Shown here: positions 41,741-53,532 of the stretch, one piece after another | Numbering within the stretch: the first letter of the stretch is position 1 | How the letters are laid out: each line of letters begins with the position of its first letter | Assembly: GCA_009103225.1 (NCBI GenBank) | Contig: RHPI01003156.1 | Coordinates: 1,112,159 to 1,176,158 of the forward strand | Direction of reading: 5' to 3' | DNA from: Chlorokybus atmophyticus | Lineage: Eukaryota > Plantae > Mesostigma and Chlorokybus algae | Length of the DNA stretch: 64,000 nucleotides | Program-made: the position numbers and the translations under genes | The notes under the pieces: model-generated | Told to the model about the DNA's origin: nothing | The model's input: the letters and a program-made list of their open reading frames with translations, nothing else | Databases searched by the model: none

Positions 41741-44700
41741 ATGGTTCGCCGCGAGGGTGTGCGCCGGGGTGTGCGTACCAACGCTTCCATTGGCCCCAAT
41801 GGCAACAAGCAGGTATGGAGACAGCTGTGTTACTACGACTTGTGGCATGTGTGTGTATGTTTATGTCTGTCTATCTTGCATGTTGGATGCTGAAAATTGT
41901 ACGTTACCATACAGATGGAGGGCCTGCTTGGCAAGTACGCCAGTGGCTGGGTTGCGAGGGAGGGGTTCGCTGAGGTTGATGCGATTGATGGCGGCATTGG
42001 CGTGTCAGCCTGGCCTGTTGCACATTCCCTCTCAAAGGTAAGAAGGGGGGGGAGTAATAACACACAAGATGTGGTTGGGTGTGCATGTGATGTTGACTTG
42101 AAATCTTGAGTGAGATGTGTGTGTAACAGAAAAAGAGGTGGCTGCTCCCCAAGCTGCTGGCTCAACACGCGGAGGAAGCTCATACGAGGGAGATGGAGGA
42201 GTCGAACCAACATGCAGAGAGTAAGTGCAGTAGCAGCGATAGCAGTAAGACTTCCAACCACCACTTGCCTGTATATAGTGTCTCCTACTTCTGGTCATTG
42301 TTTTCTCTTTGCTCCAACAGGGCAGAAGAAGCGCAAGCCCAAGCAACCCAAAGTGGTTGAGGAGGCCAGCCACAGCGAGCCCGCACATGTTGTGGTGACA
42401 GAGTTCTCTACCGACTGGCCTGATTGGAGCCGCAACCGACAGCGAGTCGTCGCAAGGTGGGAGACACACAGTCACATTGTGCGTGGATGTCTGCGTGCCT
42501 GAGTATGTGCGGCGTCTAAAGCACAGCCCATGCAGGCATCCCGCGCGCGATGAAGTTGTCGAACAAGCGGGGCCGAGGCGGGAGCATGTGCAGTATGAGG
42601 TGTACAACATGCAGGCGGTAAGTGTCACTCAGTCCAACACGGCACGTGTAACCGGTTCTCATCCTCACACAACCACCACATTACAACCTGCTGCTGTGTG
42701 GCAAGCAGAGAACACGCCCCCGACGAAAGGGCCGGTCCCTGCGCGGTGGAGACTGCAACTCCTCCCGCACCACAAAAGCCCACAACGATGAATACAGCTA
42801 CGACTACCCCTATGACTACGATGAATACAGCTACGACTATGAGGAGGTGGAGGAGGAGGACTATGACGAGGAGCGGGTGTCCACTAGCTATCTGCCAGAC
42901 TGCGTCCCCACCGTGTGGGACGCCTGCACGCTGGCTCGCACGCACAAGCGCACGCGGCCAGTCCTCGACGAGGCTGGCTGGGAGTTGGTTGCTGCATTCG
43001 AAGATGTGGTTGAAGAGTGGGAGATGGTGGATAGTGATGCTGATAGGGGAGAGTGTTCTTCTTCTGTTGGTCAGAAGAAGAAGGGTGTGAAGGAGGAGAG
43101 GTGCGGTGAGAGATACGAGCCCGAGAAGAGGGTGAAGGTAGGTCGTGTTGGGTTGGTTGTTGTGTCGCCGGCATACAAGCTCTCTGAAGGGTATGAGAGT
43201 CGTTGCTAGGCAAGTGTTTTTGTTCAAATGTGGGTACCTTTGCAGAGTGGTGATGATAGTACTCATGCAAGCCAGAAGGCTGCGGCCTCGGGACTCCTCG
43301 CATGCGCAAGGGTTCACATTGAGGTGAGGTTTTGGTTTACCGACACAAGTATGCACATGCATGTGTGTTTACTGTCTTGTCATCTCACTACCTGACATCA
43401 TGCCTTGTTTGTCAGACCTTCCCTCTCGAGTCTGCATGCCCAACACCCGAGGATCGCCCACCCCACACATGCACAACAGCACAACAAAGCTCGCTCCCCG
43501 CATCAACCGCAACACGCCGCAGCATCCCTCTCCCCCTCACAGCACCCTCCTACGCCCTCATCTCAAGGTGAGAGGCGAGAGACACACAAACACACATAGG
43601 TCTATGAGTCAACATGACTCACTTCTCCACTCAACCTCAGAGCCTTACGTTGGGATGTGCGCGTGATCGACGCCGACGCCACCCACAAGGTGGCTTTGGC
43701 CCTGGCCAACACCCTCATCGCATCCACATGTACGTCATCACAACACACTCACTCCTCTCCTCTCACCCTCTTCACCGCCTTGGGCATCCTTCGCTCTCAC
43801 CGCTGGGACGTGTTGGACTCCCTCTCCCACGCGCAGCGTGCCCACCTTACGGCCGCTCCATCAGGACCAATGTTGTTGGTAGAGGGAGAAGAGCAGAAGC
43901 AGCTGTCGTGTCCTGTTTGTTTGGAGGGTGAGGAGGATGTGTGTGTGGCTAATGTGAGGGTGGAGGCGCCTGAGTGTGGGCATTGGGCGTGTGAAGAGTG
44001 CTGGAGAGGGTACATTGGTTCTGCTATGAGGGAAGGAAGGGTGAACATCAATTGCCCTATCCCTCATTGCCAACAGGTATGCTGTGTGTTGTGGTGGTGG
44101 TGGTGGTGGTAGAGGTTGACCTAGTGGTGAATGTGGGTATGTGTTTGGGCACATGTACAGGCTATGGATGAGTTGATTGCACCCCTGATGGACGAGGTGG
44201 CAATTGACCGATACACCCGCATCCTCACAGGTGACTGATACTTGAATATTGATGCGCTTTGCAGCATTTGCACCACACACACACACACACACACACACAC
44301 TACAGGTACTTTGGCCGAGACCAGTCGCCATTGGCGCCCCTGTCCTCGTCCCCGCTGCCGCCTATCCGCCTGGTCCTCCCACATCATCATCCACTCACAA
44401 CCCAACCACCACACCACCACCACCACCACCACCACCACCACCACCACCACCACCACCACCACCACCACCACCTCCAACTCCGCCGTCACGTGCGCATGTG
44501 GACGCGTGTGGTGCTTCGGGTGCGGTGGGGAACCACACTGGCCCGCAACATGCAAGGTGGAGACTGATTGTGTGTGTGGGTGTTAACATAATGATACAAC
44601 ATGTACTGACACAACATGTACACATGTGCAATAGGAGGTGGAGTACTACGTGAGGTCTGTGGCGAGGAACCTGTTGTACGTGGGTTCGAGTGGCAGCGGT

Positions 44701-45830
44701 GTCACGCTCGAGACGCGTGCGTGTCCGGCGTGCTCGTACCCGATCAACAAGGACGGCGGGTGCAACCACATGGTCTGCAGCAGGGTAATGTGGGGTTGTT
44801 GTGTGATTGCAGGGGAATGTGGGTTGCTGTATAATGTATGTGGAAGCCTATTAAGTGAAGGTTGTGGTTTGGGCTGACGATGTGTTGTTGCTTATGTTCT
44901 GTTTGTTGGTTGCAGTGCCAGTTTGCCTTCTGCTGGGTGTGCAGGGCCTCCTGGGAGCCTTCACATTACAACTGCGTGGTGCGTGTACGCTGTCGTTTCA
45001 CACACACGCACGCCGTCCACATGTAGGCCTTGTCCACTCACGTAGTCAATGTTGGCAGGAAAGGGAGAGTCTCGGTGAGATGCAAGAGCACCACTTTGCC
45101 GTGCCGAAAGACCACGCTTTCGTCGCGAACATGCGGCAGCGGGCGGAAGCCAACACAACCACCCGCCGCTCACAGGTCACTTACCCACCAACAACACAGA
45201 TCGTGTTGTTGGTGTTCATTAACAAGTCCAGCATGCGACTCACACCCCATACACAGGTTGCGTTGGCAGCAGCAGCGCTGAGAGCCATCCACAAGTATAT
45301 CCGCACTCACCGGACGGATAGCGCAGCCACCCACCTGCACAACACCACAATCGAGGCCCTGGACTTCATCCGCCAGGTAGGCGTGCGCTTGCGTGCGCAT
45401 GCGTGCGCATGTGCCCACACACATGCGAGACGACGTACGCACACAACACTTGCACACAGACACATACACACTTGCAGGCGAGATTGGTTCTGCGCGGCGC
45501 GTGTATAGCGTTGATATCCCTCGGTCGCACCAAGCGCTCCCACCCCGCGCGACACTGGCTGGACGCCCTGCAGAACCACGTCGACCTCACCGAGAGGGTG
45601 AGTAGTGTTGTCGCTGTTGTTGTTGTTGTCTCACACCCCAACATGACTCCCAAGTCTCTGAAGTCTCAAGCTTACACTTGTGCTGAGATTTGGTCTCACA
45701 GGAGTTGGTCGCTGGCATGAGGTCGTGCGTCCCTCCACGCCAACGCGCGAACAACGTAAGGGGTCTCGTGCGCTCGGGGCTGAGGGTTGTTGGTAACTTG
45801 GACAAAGCGTTCCAACGTGCTCGGGGCTGA
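41741..45830 (+). CDS. Ariadne-type RBR E3 ubiquitin ligase (RING1-IBR-RING2-Ariadne domain)
   Basis: RING1 CPVCLE...CGHWACEECW...CPIPHC; IBR WRPCPRPRC...CACGRVWCFGCGGEPHWPATC; RING2 TRACPACSYPINKDGGCNHMVC...CWVC. Start and end inferred from splice phases. Confidence 0.85.
44413..44472 (+). repeat. (ACC)20 microsatellite encoding poly-Thr within the IBR domain
   Basis: 20 perfect ACC units, in frame, with no AG acceptor between the repeat and the downstream IBR cysteines. Confidence 0.9.
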
Positions 45831-47334
45831 GAGTGGGATACGAAAACAAAACGACGACATGTTGTTCAAGGACAGACAGGAGTGGGTTGCGCTACACGTC
45901 TCCTGAGACTGTTTTTCTATTAGGAGATGTATTGAAACTCTGTCGTGGTCCGAGTCGAGCTACGCCCTGCTGAGGTGAGAGTGTCACTTGCCTGCTTTAT
46001 ACCGTTCACGTTGCTGTTGCGTGAGTGAATTGATGATAAGGTGTTTATGCAGGTATGGCGCAAGGCGTTGGTGTGAATTGCCAACAGAAGTGAGAGGTTA
46101 TTACTTGAAACCTGGTTGGGGCCTCAAGCCTGCGGCGTCGCGCTGAAAGTGACAGAGTTATCATGGATACATATTATGAGTTTCTTGCCTGTGTTGTCGC
46201 ATAGCGCACGCAGGGAGATGCACAGCTTGCGCGTGCTTGCATGCGTACACGCACTTGTGCAAGTCGCACTCAATCAAGTAACGCATGCACGCAGTCAGGC
46301 TGTTCAAACATGGCCAAGTTGGCTAATGAGATGAGTATCATTATATCAAAGCCTTCATTAACAACAAGCTTGGTGACGATTTGGTGCAATGTCATTGTGT
46401 CGATGACTTGCACACGTTGTGGTCTGCAGCACATGGCAGATAGGGTGTAGCTGAATAAGTTGTCAATAGCACCACAATGGCGCCACGCTACATGAGGAAT
46501 GCAGCCGGTGTACATACACCAGCTGTAGCGTTACCTCCCCAGTATTGTAACGAGTGCCTTGTTCTGTCTGCTCTGCTTTGACACACGTCATCCGGTTCAG
46601 GTTGTACTTTGCATAGCATGCCGCAGCAGCGCAGCGAGGCTTACCAGAAGTACTTGCTGTTATAGGAGACAATCGGCGTAGCTGCAGCGTAGATATAAGT
46701 GCAACCTGTCGCTGGTTGTGAAAGGTCCGCATCTAGTGCTGAATGCCATGTACAACATGTCAACGGAGCAAGTCACAATGCACATGCACACAGACGCACA
46801 TGCATGATGATGTAGTAGACTGCGTACCACGCCGCAAGGTAAGCGAGTTTACCTCAGGAAACCAACATTCTTTTGGCCAGCTGCATGCAACCTACAAGCG
46901 AGACAACGACAACCAGAGCACACGTAAAAGCATGGCATAAGCTGGTGAAACATGCGGATCATTGTTGAGAATGCAAGGAGCAATACACTTGCACCACGAC
47001 AGATTTTAGGGGAGGTTGCCCCAACAAGAGTCCTCAAGTAACACGATGTCTTTCATTGTTCCTAACACACACGTCCGCCTGACTAGCGGAGGACCACCTG
47101 TTTGTAATGGATAAATGTCTGCTGAGGCCGTTTGGTAACTTACACCTTAGCCCACGAGCAGCTAACTGTCGCGAGGGCACTTCTTATACCTACAAACACA
47201 CACTGGGTGTATGCTGGAGAAAACTTTGTTTGGACGTAGCCTACCACACACACTGGGGGGGGATGGTGGAAGAAAAGCCTTGTTGAAGCTGCTGTTGCCG
47301 CTGACGTGCGTATTTGCGCTACTGTACCGCGTGT

Positions 47335-49285
47335 CTACGCGTAAATCGCGTCCGCTGGTGCCAGTTTTTCAAAGACAGGAAGCCTGCGCGTTCGGCCGCT
47401 TATTAGCATTCCACTAACTGAGAAGTGTAAGCCAATACTATAGAAGCTTTGGGAAATCACCAATGCAAGTGGTTAAACGAACGGCATCACATGAAAGACT
47501 TGACCTCACAACGAGTTGCTGAAGTGCCATGACCAGCTGCTATGCAGACACATAACGATGCAGAATATGGCAGGAGTTAGTGAGCTGAAACAGCTTGAGG
47601 CATACACAAAGTCACACGGCAATCTTGTCAGAGAACACAACGGTGCTGCTCATAGCCAGGCCTGTTACCTGCGTGAGCACGGAGGAGGGCTGGGCCATCG
47701 TGTAGGTAACTCCGAGCCAGACTGATGGATGAACCGGCAGCGCGTACCGTATGGGCAAGTGCCTAGCTGATTAAAGGTTCGGCAGATCTGAAGCACAGCG
47801 GACTTGCTCAGCTTGCAATACATGATGGAAGGCATGTGACAGCTTTAGAGCCAGTGGTGAATAGCTCACCTCTGTCTTGTACTTCGGGTGGCGGGCCACT
47901 GGTCGCAGCTCGTCCTCACCATGCGCAAACTGCAAAGAAGGAGCAAAAGACGTTACACCAGTGCAGTTCAGCAGCAAACTGACAGCCTACTCATCGTCAT
48001 CAGGCAGTGCTCAACACATAGTGCAGCAAGTGTCTCCCGGCAAACTCTGCAACCATGCAGCTAGTACTCGGCACCCAAACTACAGCCAGTACATGCATCC
48101 TAGTAAACATTGTTTTCAACTACGAAGCCCTGCACAACTGATCTGAACTAAACCTTAACACTTGCTGAAGTAACGCTTATACTCGCACTTAGCCACCAAC
48201 GAGGCACGGCGTCCCATGTTAGCATTAAGGCCCAATTGCCAAACATGGATCAAGCGGCATACCGCGTCATAACTGCCATACCAACTGGCTGAACCACAGT
48301 CGCTACTGCTTCGCAACACATGTAAAGCAGTCAGCAACAATTCAAGTGCACTGCTTATAGCATCTACAGAACGCATGCACTACCTGCTACCATAGACAGC
48401 TGCCATAGTATGCTGCGAGTTGCGCTTGAACACTAGCTTCACAGACTGAGGCAACCAGTCTAGCCACTAGTCAACTTGCGCTTGCACAATGTAAGAGCTG
48501 CTTGGCATGCATGTTGAGCATGCTCTACTGAATTCTACTACTAGTAGCTTCTCATAGCCGGAGCCACGCGGCCAGTTTAACACTCGCTCTAGCAACTCGC
48601 TCTCGCAACTTTGTAAGCAAGCTGGTCTCCGGCTGCGGTCGAACGTGCTACCACTAGTGGTTGTACTGCGCTAGTATGCAGTTAATGCCTTCACTCACAA
48701 TATGCAGCTTCTACACGTCTGTGCTGCTCAACACTTGGACACAGCAAGTCGCAAGCATGCTCAGTGTGCTTGTGCAGGCTGCACATGAAAGCTGTTACTA
48801 CGTTGGAAATAGTTCATTACTGATTCTACTGCTCTACACGCAAGTAACTTGAAGCAGGCTCTCAGCAGCGGAAAAGTTGTGGCTGCAATGCGACACTCGC
48901 AATGCATGACACTGCATGCATACAGTTACCACGTCACATCCAGTACCTGGCACTTGGAGCCATAGCGACAGGAGCCAGCTTCGGAGAAGCCTCGGCAGAG
49001 CTCAGTCTTGTACAGTGGGTTGCCACCGCCTAAGGAAGGAGTGCTTGCCAGTGGGGGAGGCGAGGGGCATGCCTCGGGAGGGGTAAAAGGGGGAGAAACC
49101 CACCCAAAGCCTATGTTGCTGCTGCTTGCAAGTGGGCTTCGAGGCAGCACTCCACCAAGGCGGTTGAGCCGGCACTGCCAGCTGGCCACAGTCGGCAGCT
49201 GCTGCTGCTGCTGGATCCGCAGCAGCTGCTCCTGGGCATTCTGGTAATGGTAGATCAGCAGCTGCACAGCTGTTTCCACGTCCAT
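47335..49285 (-). CDS. Tristetraprolin/ZFP36-like tandem CCCH zinc-finger protein
   Basis: LYKTELCRGFSEAGSCRYGSKCQ|FAHGEDELRPVARHPKYKTE|ICRTFNQLGTCPYGTRCRFIH, and a terminal exon R|LPVFEKL resembling the CNOT1-binding motif. There is a ~1 kb intron between the finger exons. The start codon is uncertain. Confidence 0.88.
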
Positions 49286-50663
49286 GGCGCTCTCAACCAC
49301 CCAGGCAGCTGAATTTGACACACAGCCAAAGCACTGTAGACCCAAGCACTTGAGAACTCAGATTATCTTCCAACCCACCTCAGCAGCCCGCCCAATGCAT
49401 GCATGCAAACTCCAGAGCACAATCAGCCTGATCTAAGCTTGCTACCAAGCCATGCAAGCTCATGCACACGCACAAACACGCAGCATTAAGCTATCCACCT
49501 CGGCTAGTACCACCCAAGCTATGCTGAATTGCTCCGCCGCCGCCGCCGCCGCCGCTTCAGTAGAACCCGAGGCAGCAACAAAGGCAGGCAGGCAGGCGCA
49601 CACAGCAGAGAGCACAGCAGCAGTTTATATGTACTTATATTGCAGGAAAAAAGTACTGGCAACCACTGTGCTTGTGCACTAAAGCCCGCCTCTCTGGTGA
49701 TATGTTGCAGTAGTCTGTATCTATCCGTAGCCTGATCAGGCCAAAGTTGTGCATGCTGACCGCTATGCGTCACGCATCACACTGGTTATAAGCCCTTCAT
49801 AAGTGAGCTCTCACTGAGTCCATGCCATGGACTGTGGAGGTAGGGTGAATCCATGCACCTGTGGGGTTTTATTGCAGCGTTATTCAACGATTACGCTAGC
49901 CAGCATGCGCATATGCTCAGCATGCTGCATGCATGTCAGCAACGATTGCTTTGGCAGACAGTCCTTTCTGTTCGTTTTATTATGTTGGTTCACATGCTGC
50001 GTCACATGCACAGGGTGAAGGCGTAACGTCCTTTGTACTAGGAGCCGGTTGGATGGGCGTTATTTTTCATGTGTGATAAAAACACAGCCACAATACTATC
50101 CAACAACACAGGACACGACTTGCCTGTATACAACGCTGCATGCAAGGGTGGCAGCAGGGGCAGGACTCACGGTGTGTGCAATACATTGTGGGGTCGATCT
50201 TAGTACCTCCGAAGCGTGTGATACGTGACATGAGATGTGACAGTTAGCATTTGCGACTGAGGGCCTGATTAGGGCCTCAATTAGGGCCTCGTGCGGGCTG
50301 TGCGCGCGAAATAGAAAGGGCGCCGGCATGACCTGGTGTGTGCCGCACATGCGACATGCAACGCGGTGTCATAAGTTTTGGCATGCACGCAAAGATGTTG
50401 ACGACGTCCAAGCCAGGCCGTGTAGAAACAATGCGCAGTGTCGTTACTCATGCATCATATCATGCACATGACGCATAGCAGTATCACACAGCAGGCATTC
50501 ACCTCACATACACTTGACCACTAGGGCTATACAACTGCATATCCAAGCCACCCTATATACCATCACCCCTTTTGTCATGCACGCATCATGTAATCACCCG
50601 CGCACGCGGACGTGTATGCAAAGCCGAGTTCAGAGCACACATGTTGTTGTAAAAAACCAAGCC

Positions 50664-50747
50664 TTTCTTCCGGTAGTCAGAATACCGCTACGCCTGTAGT
50701 AACAATTTCTTCCGGTAGTCAGAATACCGCTACGCCTGTAGTAACAA
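50664..50747. repeat. Perfect 42-bp tandem duplication
   Basis: TTTCTTCCGGTAGTCAGAATACCGCTACGCCTGTAGTAACAA x2 (50664-50705, 50706-50747). Confidence 0.95.
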
Positions 50748-51276
50748 TACACCTATAATGGCAAGTAAGTGACCCGAATTCAGAGTTAATTGTTATCGCA
50801 TTAATTGAGGGAGAGAGAGAGAGAGAGAGAGAATGCGCATTCGTTATAAACAATTGCATCAAAAGGCATGTTTTGCAGCCATGATGCTTGGCTCAATCAA
50901 TAACTAATGCTGTCGTAAAAAGAGGTAACCGTTACCTATGCGTAATTGAAACCTGTTATATGATAACATGCGTTAGTGCATTGATGTAATTGTATCATAT
51001 GCATACGTACACATCAGTGCGATACAAGCACTAATTGATTGCAAGTTTTATAAATTTTGTTTCATCGGATATATATTGTCAATTGGTATAAGAACGGCTG
51101 AACATCACGTATTACGTGTCTTGCTTTTACAACCATTGTTTTTATAAAATATTGCACCTGTAATGATGCTGTGAACTCGCCTGTGACTTTTGCAATCCAT
51201 CTCAATTCTCATTTGTCAGCCTTGTATATATTAGGTTACCTTGAACAACATTAAAACTTTGTAGCAATGATGATTA

Positions 51277-51311
<35 letters not shown>

Positions 51312-51347
51312 GCGATCAATACCATCGCAATGAGAGCATAAAAAGTA

Positions 51348-51952
51348 NNNNNNNNNNNNNNNNNNNNNNNNNNNNNNNNNNNNNNNNNNNNNNNNNNNNN
51401 NNNNNNNNNNNNNNNNNNNNNNNNNNNNNNNNNNNNNNNNNNNNNNNNNNNNNNNNNNNNNNNNNNNNNNNNNNNNNNNNNNNNNNNNNNNNNNNNNNNN
51501 NNNNNNNNNNNNNNNNNNNNNNNNNNNNNNNNNNNNNNNNNNNNNNNNNNNNNNNNNNNNNNNNNNNNNNNNNNNNNNNNNNNNNNNNNNNNNNNNNNNN
51601 NNNNNNNNNNNNNNNNNNNNNNNNNNNNNNNNNNNNNNNNNNNNNNNNNNNNNNNNNNNNNNNNNNNNNNNNNNNNNNNNNNNNNNNNNNNNNNNNNNNN
51701 NNNNNNNNNNNNNNNNNNNNNNNNNNNNNNNNNNNNNNNNNNNNNNNNNNNNNNNNNNNNNNNNNNNNNNNNNNNNNNNNNNNNNNNNNNNNNNNNNNNN
51801 NNNNNNNNNNNNNNNNNNNNNNNNNNNNNNNNNNNNNNNNNNNNNNNNNNNNNNNNNNNNNNNNNNNNNNNNNNNNNNNNNNNNNNNNNNNNNNNNNNNN
51901 NNNNNNNNNNNNNNNNNNNNNNNNNNNNNNNNNNNNNNNNNNNNNNNNNNNN
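51348..51952. other. Assembly gap (605 N), flanked by (AT)n and (GCC)n repeats
   Basis: Run of N. ORFs in the provided track that cross it are artefacts. Confidence 0.99.
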
Positions 51953-51984
<32 letters not shown>

Positions 51985-52378
51985 TCGCGCTGCTTCTTCG
52001 CCAGCCAGGACGTGTTTCGTGAGACAGCTTGCCGCTGACAGTTCTTGAGCTTGCTTTGAGCTGGCAATTGGGGAAGACCACGCCTGTGTAAGGTTCATCA
52101 CTTGCTTGCGACGTGAAGTTGCTGCGCTTCTGGTTGTCGTGGGTGAGCTTCTCGGAAGTTGGCGCCTTCTTGACGTTCCAGCACGCTAGTGTTTCTATCC
52201 AAAGCACAGCGTTTTGAATCTGACATCCTGCCGTAGCTGTTTGAGCCCCAAACCTGCTGGTTTTGCTTTGCTCAGACCGTGTAGCTGTTGAGTTAGGGTT
52301 TGCCGCAGTCACTTCTCATTTTAGTGGGTTGTTTGCCGTGCTCATCCGGTGATTATTATACGGAAGCTCTGCTGCTGA

Positions 52379-52407
52379 TTTTAGGGTTAGGGTTGAGGGT
52401 TAGGTTT
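52379..52407 (+). promoter_or_regulatory. Telomere-like/telobox repeat cluster upstream of UBC12
   Basis: TTTTAGGG TTAGGG TTGAGGG TTAGGTTT about 30-55 bp before the ATG, plus TTAGGGTTT at 52293-52301. Confidence 0.65.
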
Positions 52408-52435
52408 CTGCTTGGCTGCGGCCTTACGCCGCACG

Positions 52436-53532
52436 ATGATCAAGCTTTTCAGCGTCAAGCAGAAGCAGCAGCAGGATGCAGCTTCATCCAATGGCAAGGT
52501 CTCGTCTGGAAAGCGACAAACGCCTGGAGAGCTTCGCTTGCAGAAAGGTACCTGCATGCTCTTCACACAGAGGCGCACCTCACGTTAACTGTGTGTGCAG
52601 TTTGAATAGTCTTCAAGCTGGTCTGTGCAGCATTTGATGTGCAACAATCAATGTGACCTTATGCATCTCGTTTGTGTCGCTTTACGCCCAACTCTTTCGC
52701 CCATTCCCTTGCTATGTTTGCAGACATCAGCGAGTTGAATTTGTCACACACGACCTCCATCAACTTTCCAAACGGCAAGGATCGGCTTTTGGACTTTGAG
52801 ATAACCATCCGCCCAGAGGAGGGGTATTACAGGTACTGCATGCACAGTATTACATCATTGCACAGAGTTGCGTGTTGTCTGTGTCACATAAGAAGTAGGT
52901 GGAATTTGCCAGTGCTGCCATGCTGGTCCTGTCAGGTTCCTTGCGGCTAAGCTTCTGTTTGCATGTATTGCAGCGCTGGCACGTTTATCTTCAGCTTCAC
53001 CATACCGCCAACATACCCACATGAAGCCCCCAAAGTCAAGTGCAAGACAAAGGTACTCGCTGGTCAGAGTTTGCTGTTAGCGCATGCATATGCGGCGCAA
53101 GGCTACCTATGGTGGCGTCTTACAATATGATCATGAGCTGCTGTGCGCTTCATTCGGCAGGTGTACCACCCCAATATAGACCTTGAGGGCAATGTTTGCT
53201 TGAACATCTTGCGCGAGGACTGGAAACCAGTGTTGAGCGTGACTTCCATTATATATGGCTTGCAGTACCTCTTCCTGGTACGCAGCCATTCATAGCAGCT
53301 TCTGTGCATGCCATTGCGGCATGTTGGCAAGTAAACCGAGTATGTGAACATGTGCGCTTTTGCATGCAAGTGAAGCATACCTACCCAACTGCAGGATCCC
53401 AATCCGGATGACCCGCTCAACCATGAAGCTGCAGAGGTGCTGCGGGACAACCCGCGACAGTTTGAGGTGTATGTCAGGAGATCAATGCAAGGCGGCTACA
53501 TTGGGGGCACTTTCTTTCCACGATGCATCTAG
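52436..53532 (+). CDS. RCE1: NEDD8/RUB-conjugating enzyme Ubc12
   Basis: [11 protein letters not shown]...GELRLQK|DISELNL...|[13 protein letters not shown]|[25 protein letters not shown]...|[13 protein letters not shown]...FPRCI*. Confidence 0.96.

Noticed and set aside
46270-47040. Exon-like minus-strand pieces (NNDPHVSPAYAMLL, GCTYIYAAATPIVSYNSKYF)
   Set aside because: They cannot be spliced into an open frame and no family was recognised.
51251-52312. Long ORFs of 252-353 aa in the ORF track
   Set aside because: They run through the N gap. The real sequence at 51953-52300 may be the 5' end of a minus-strand gene, but the frame cannot be determined.
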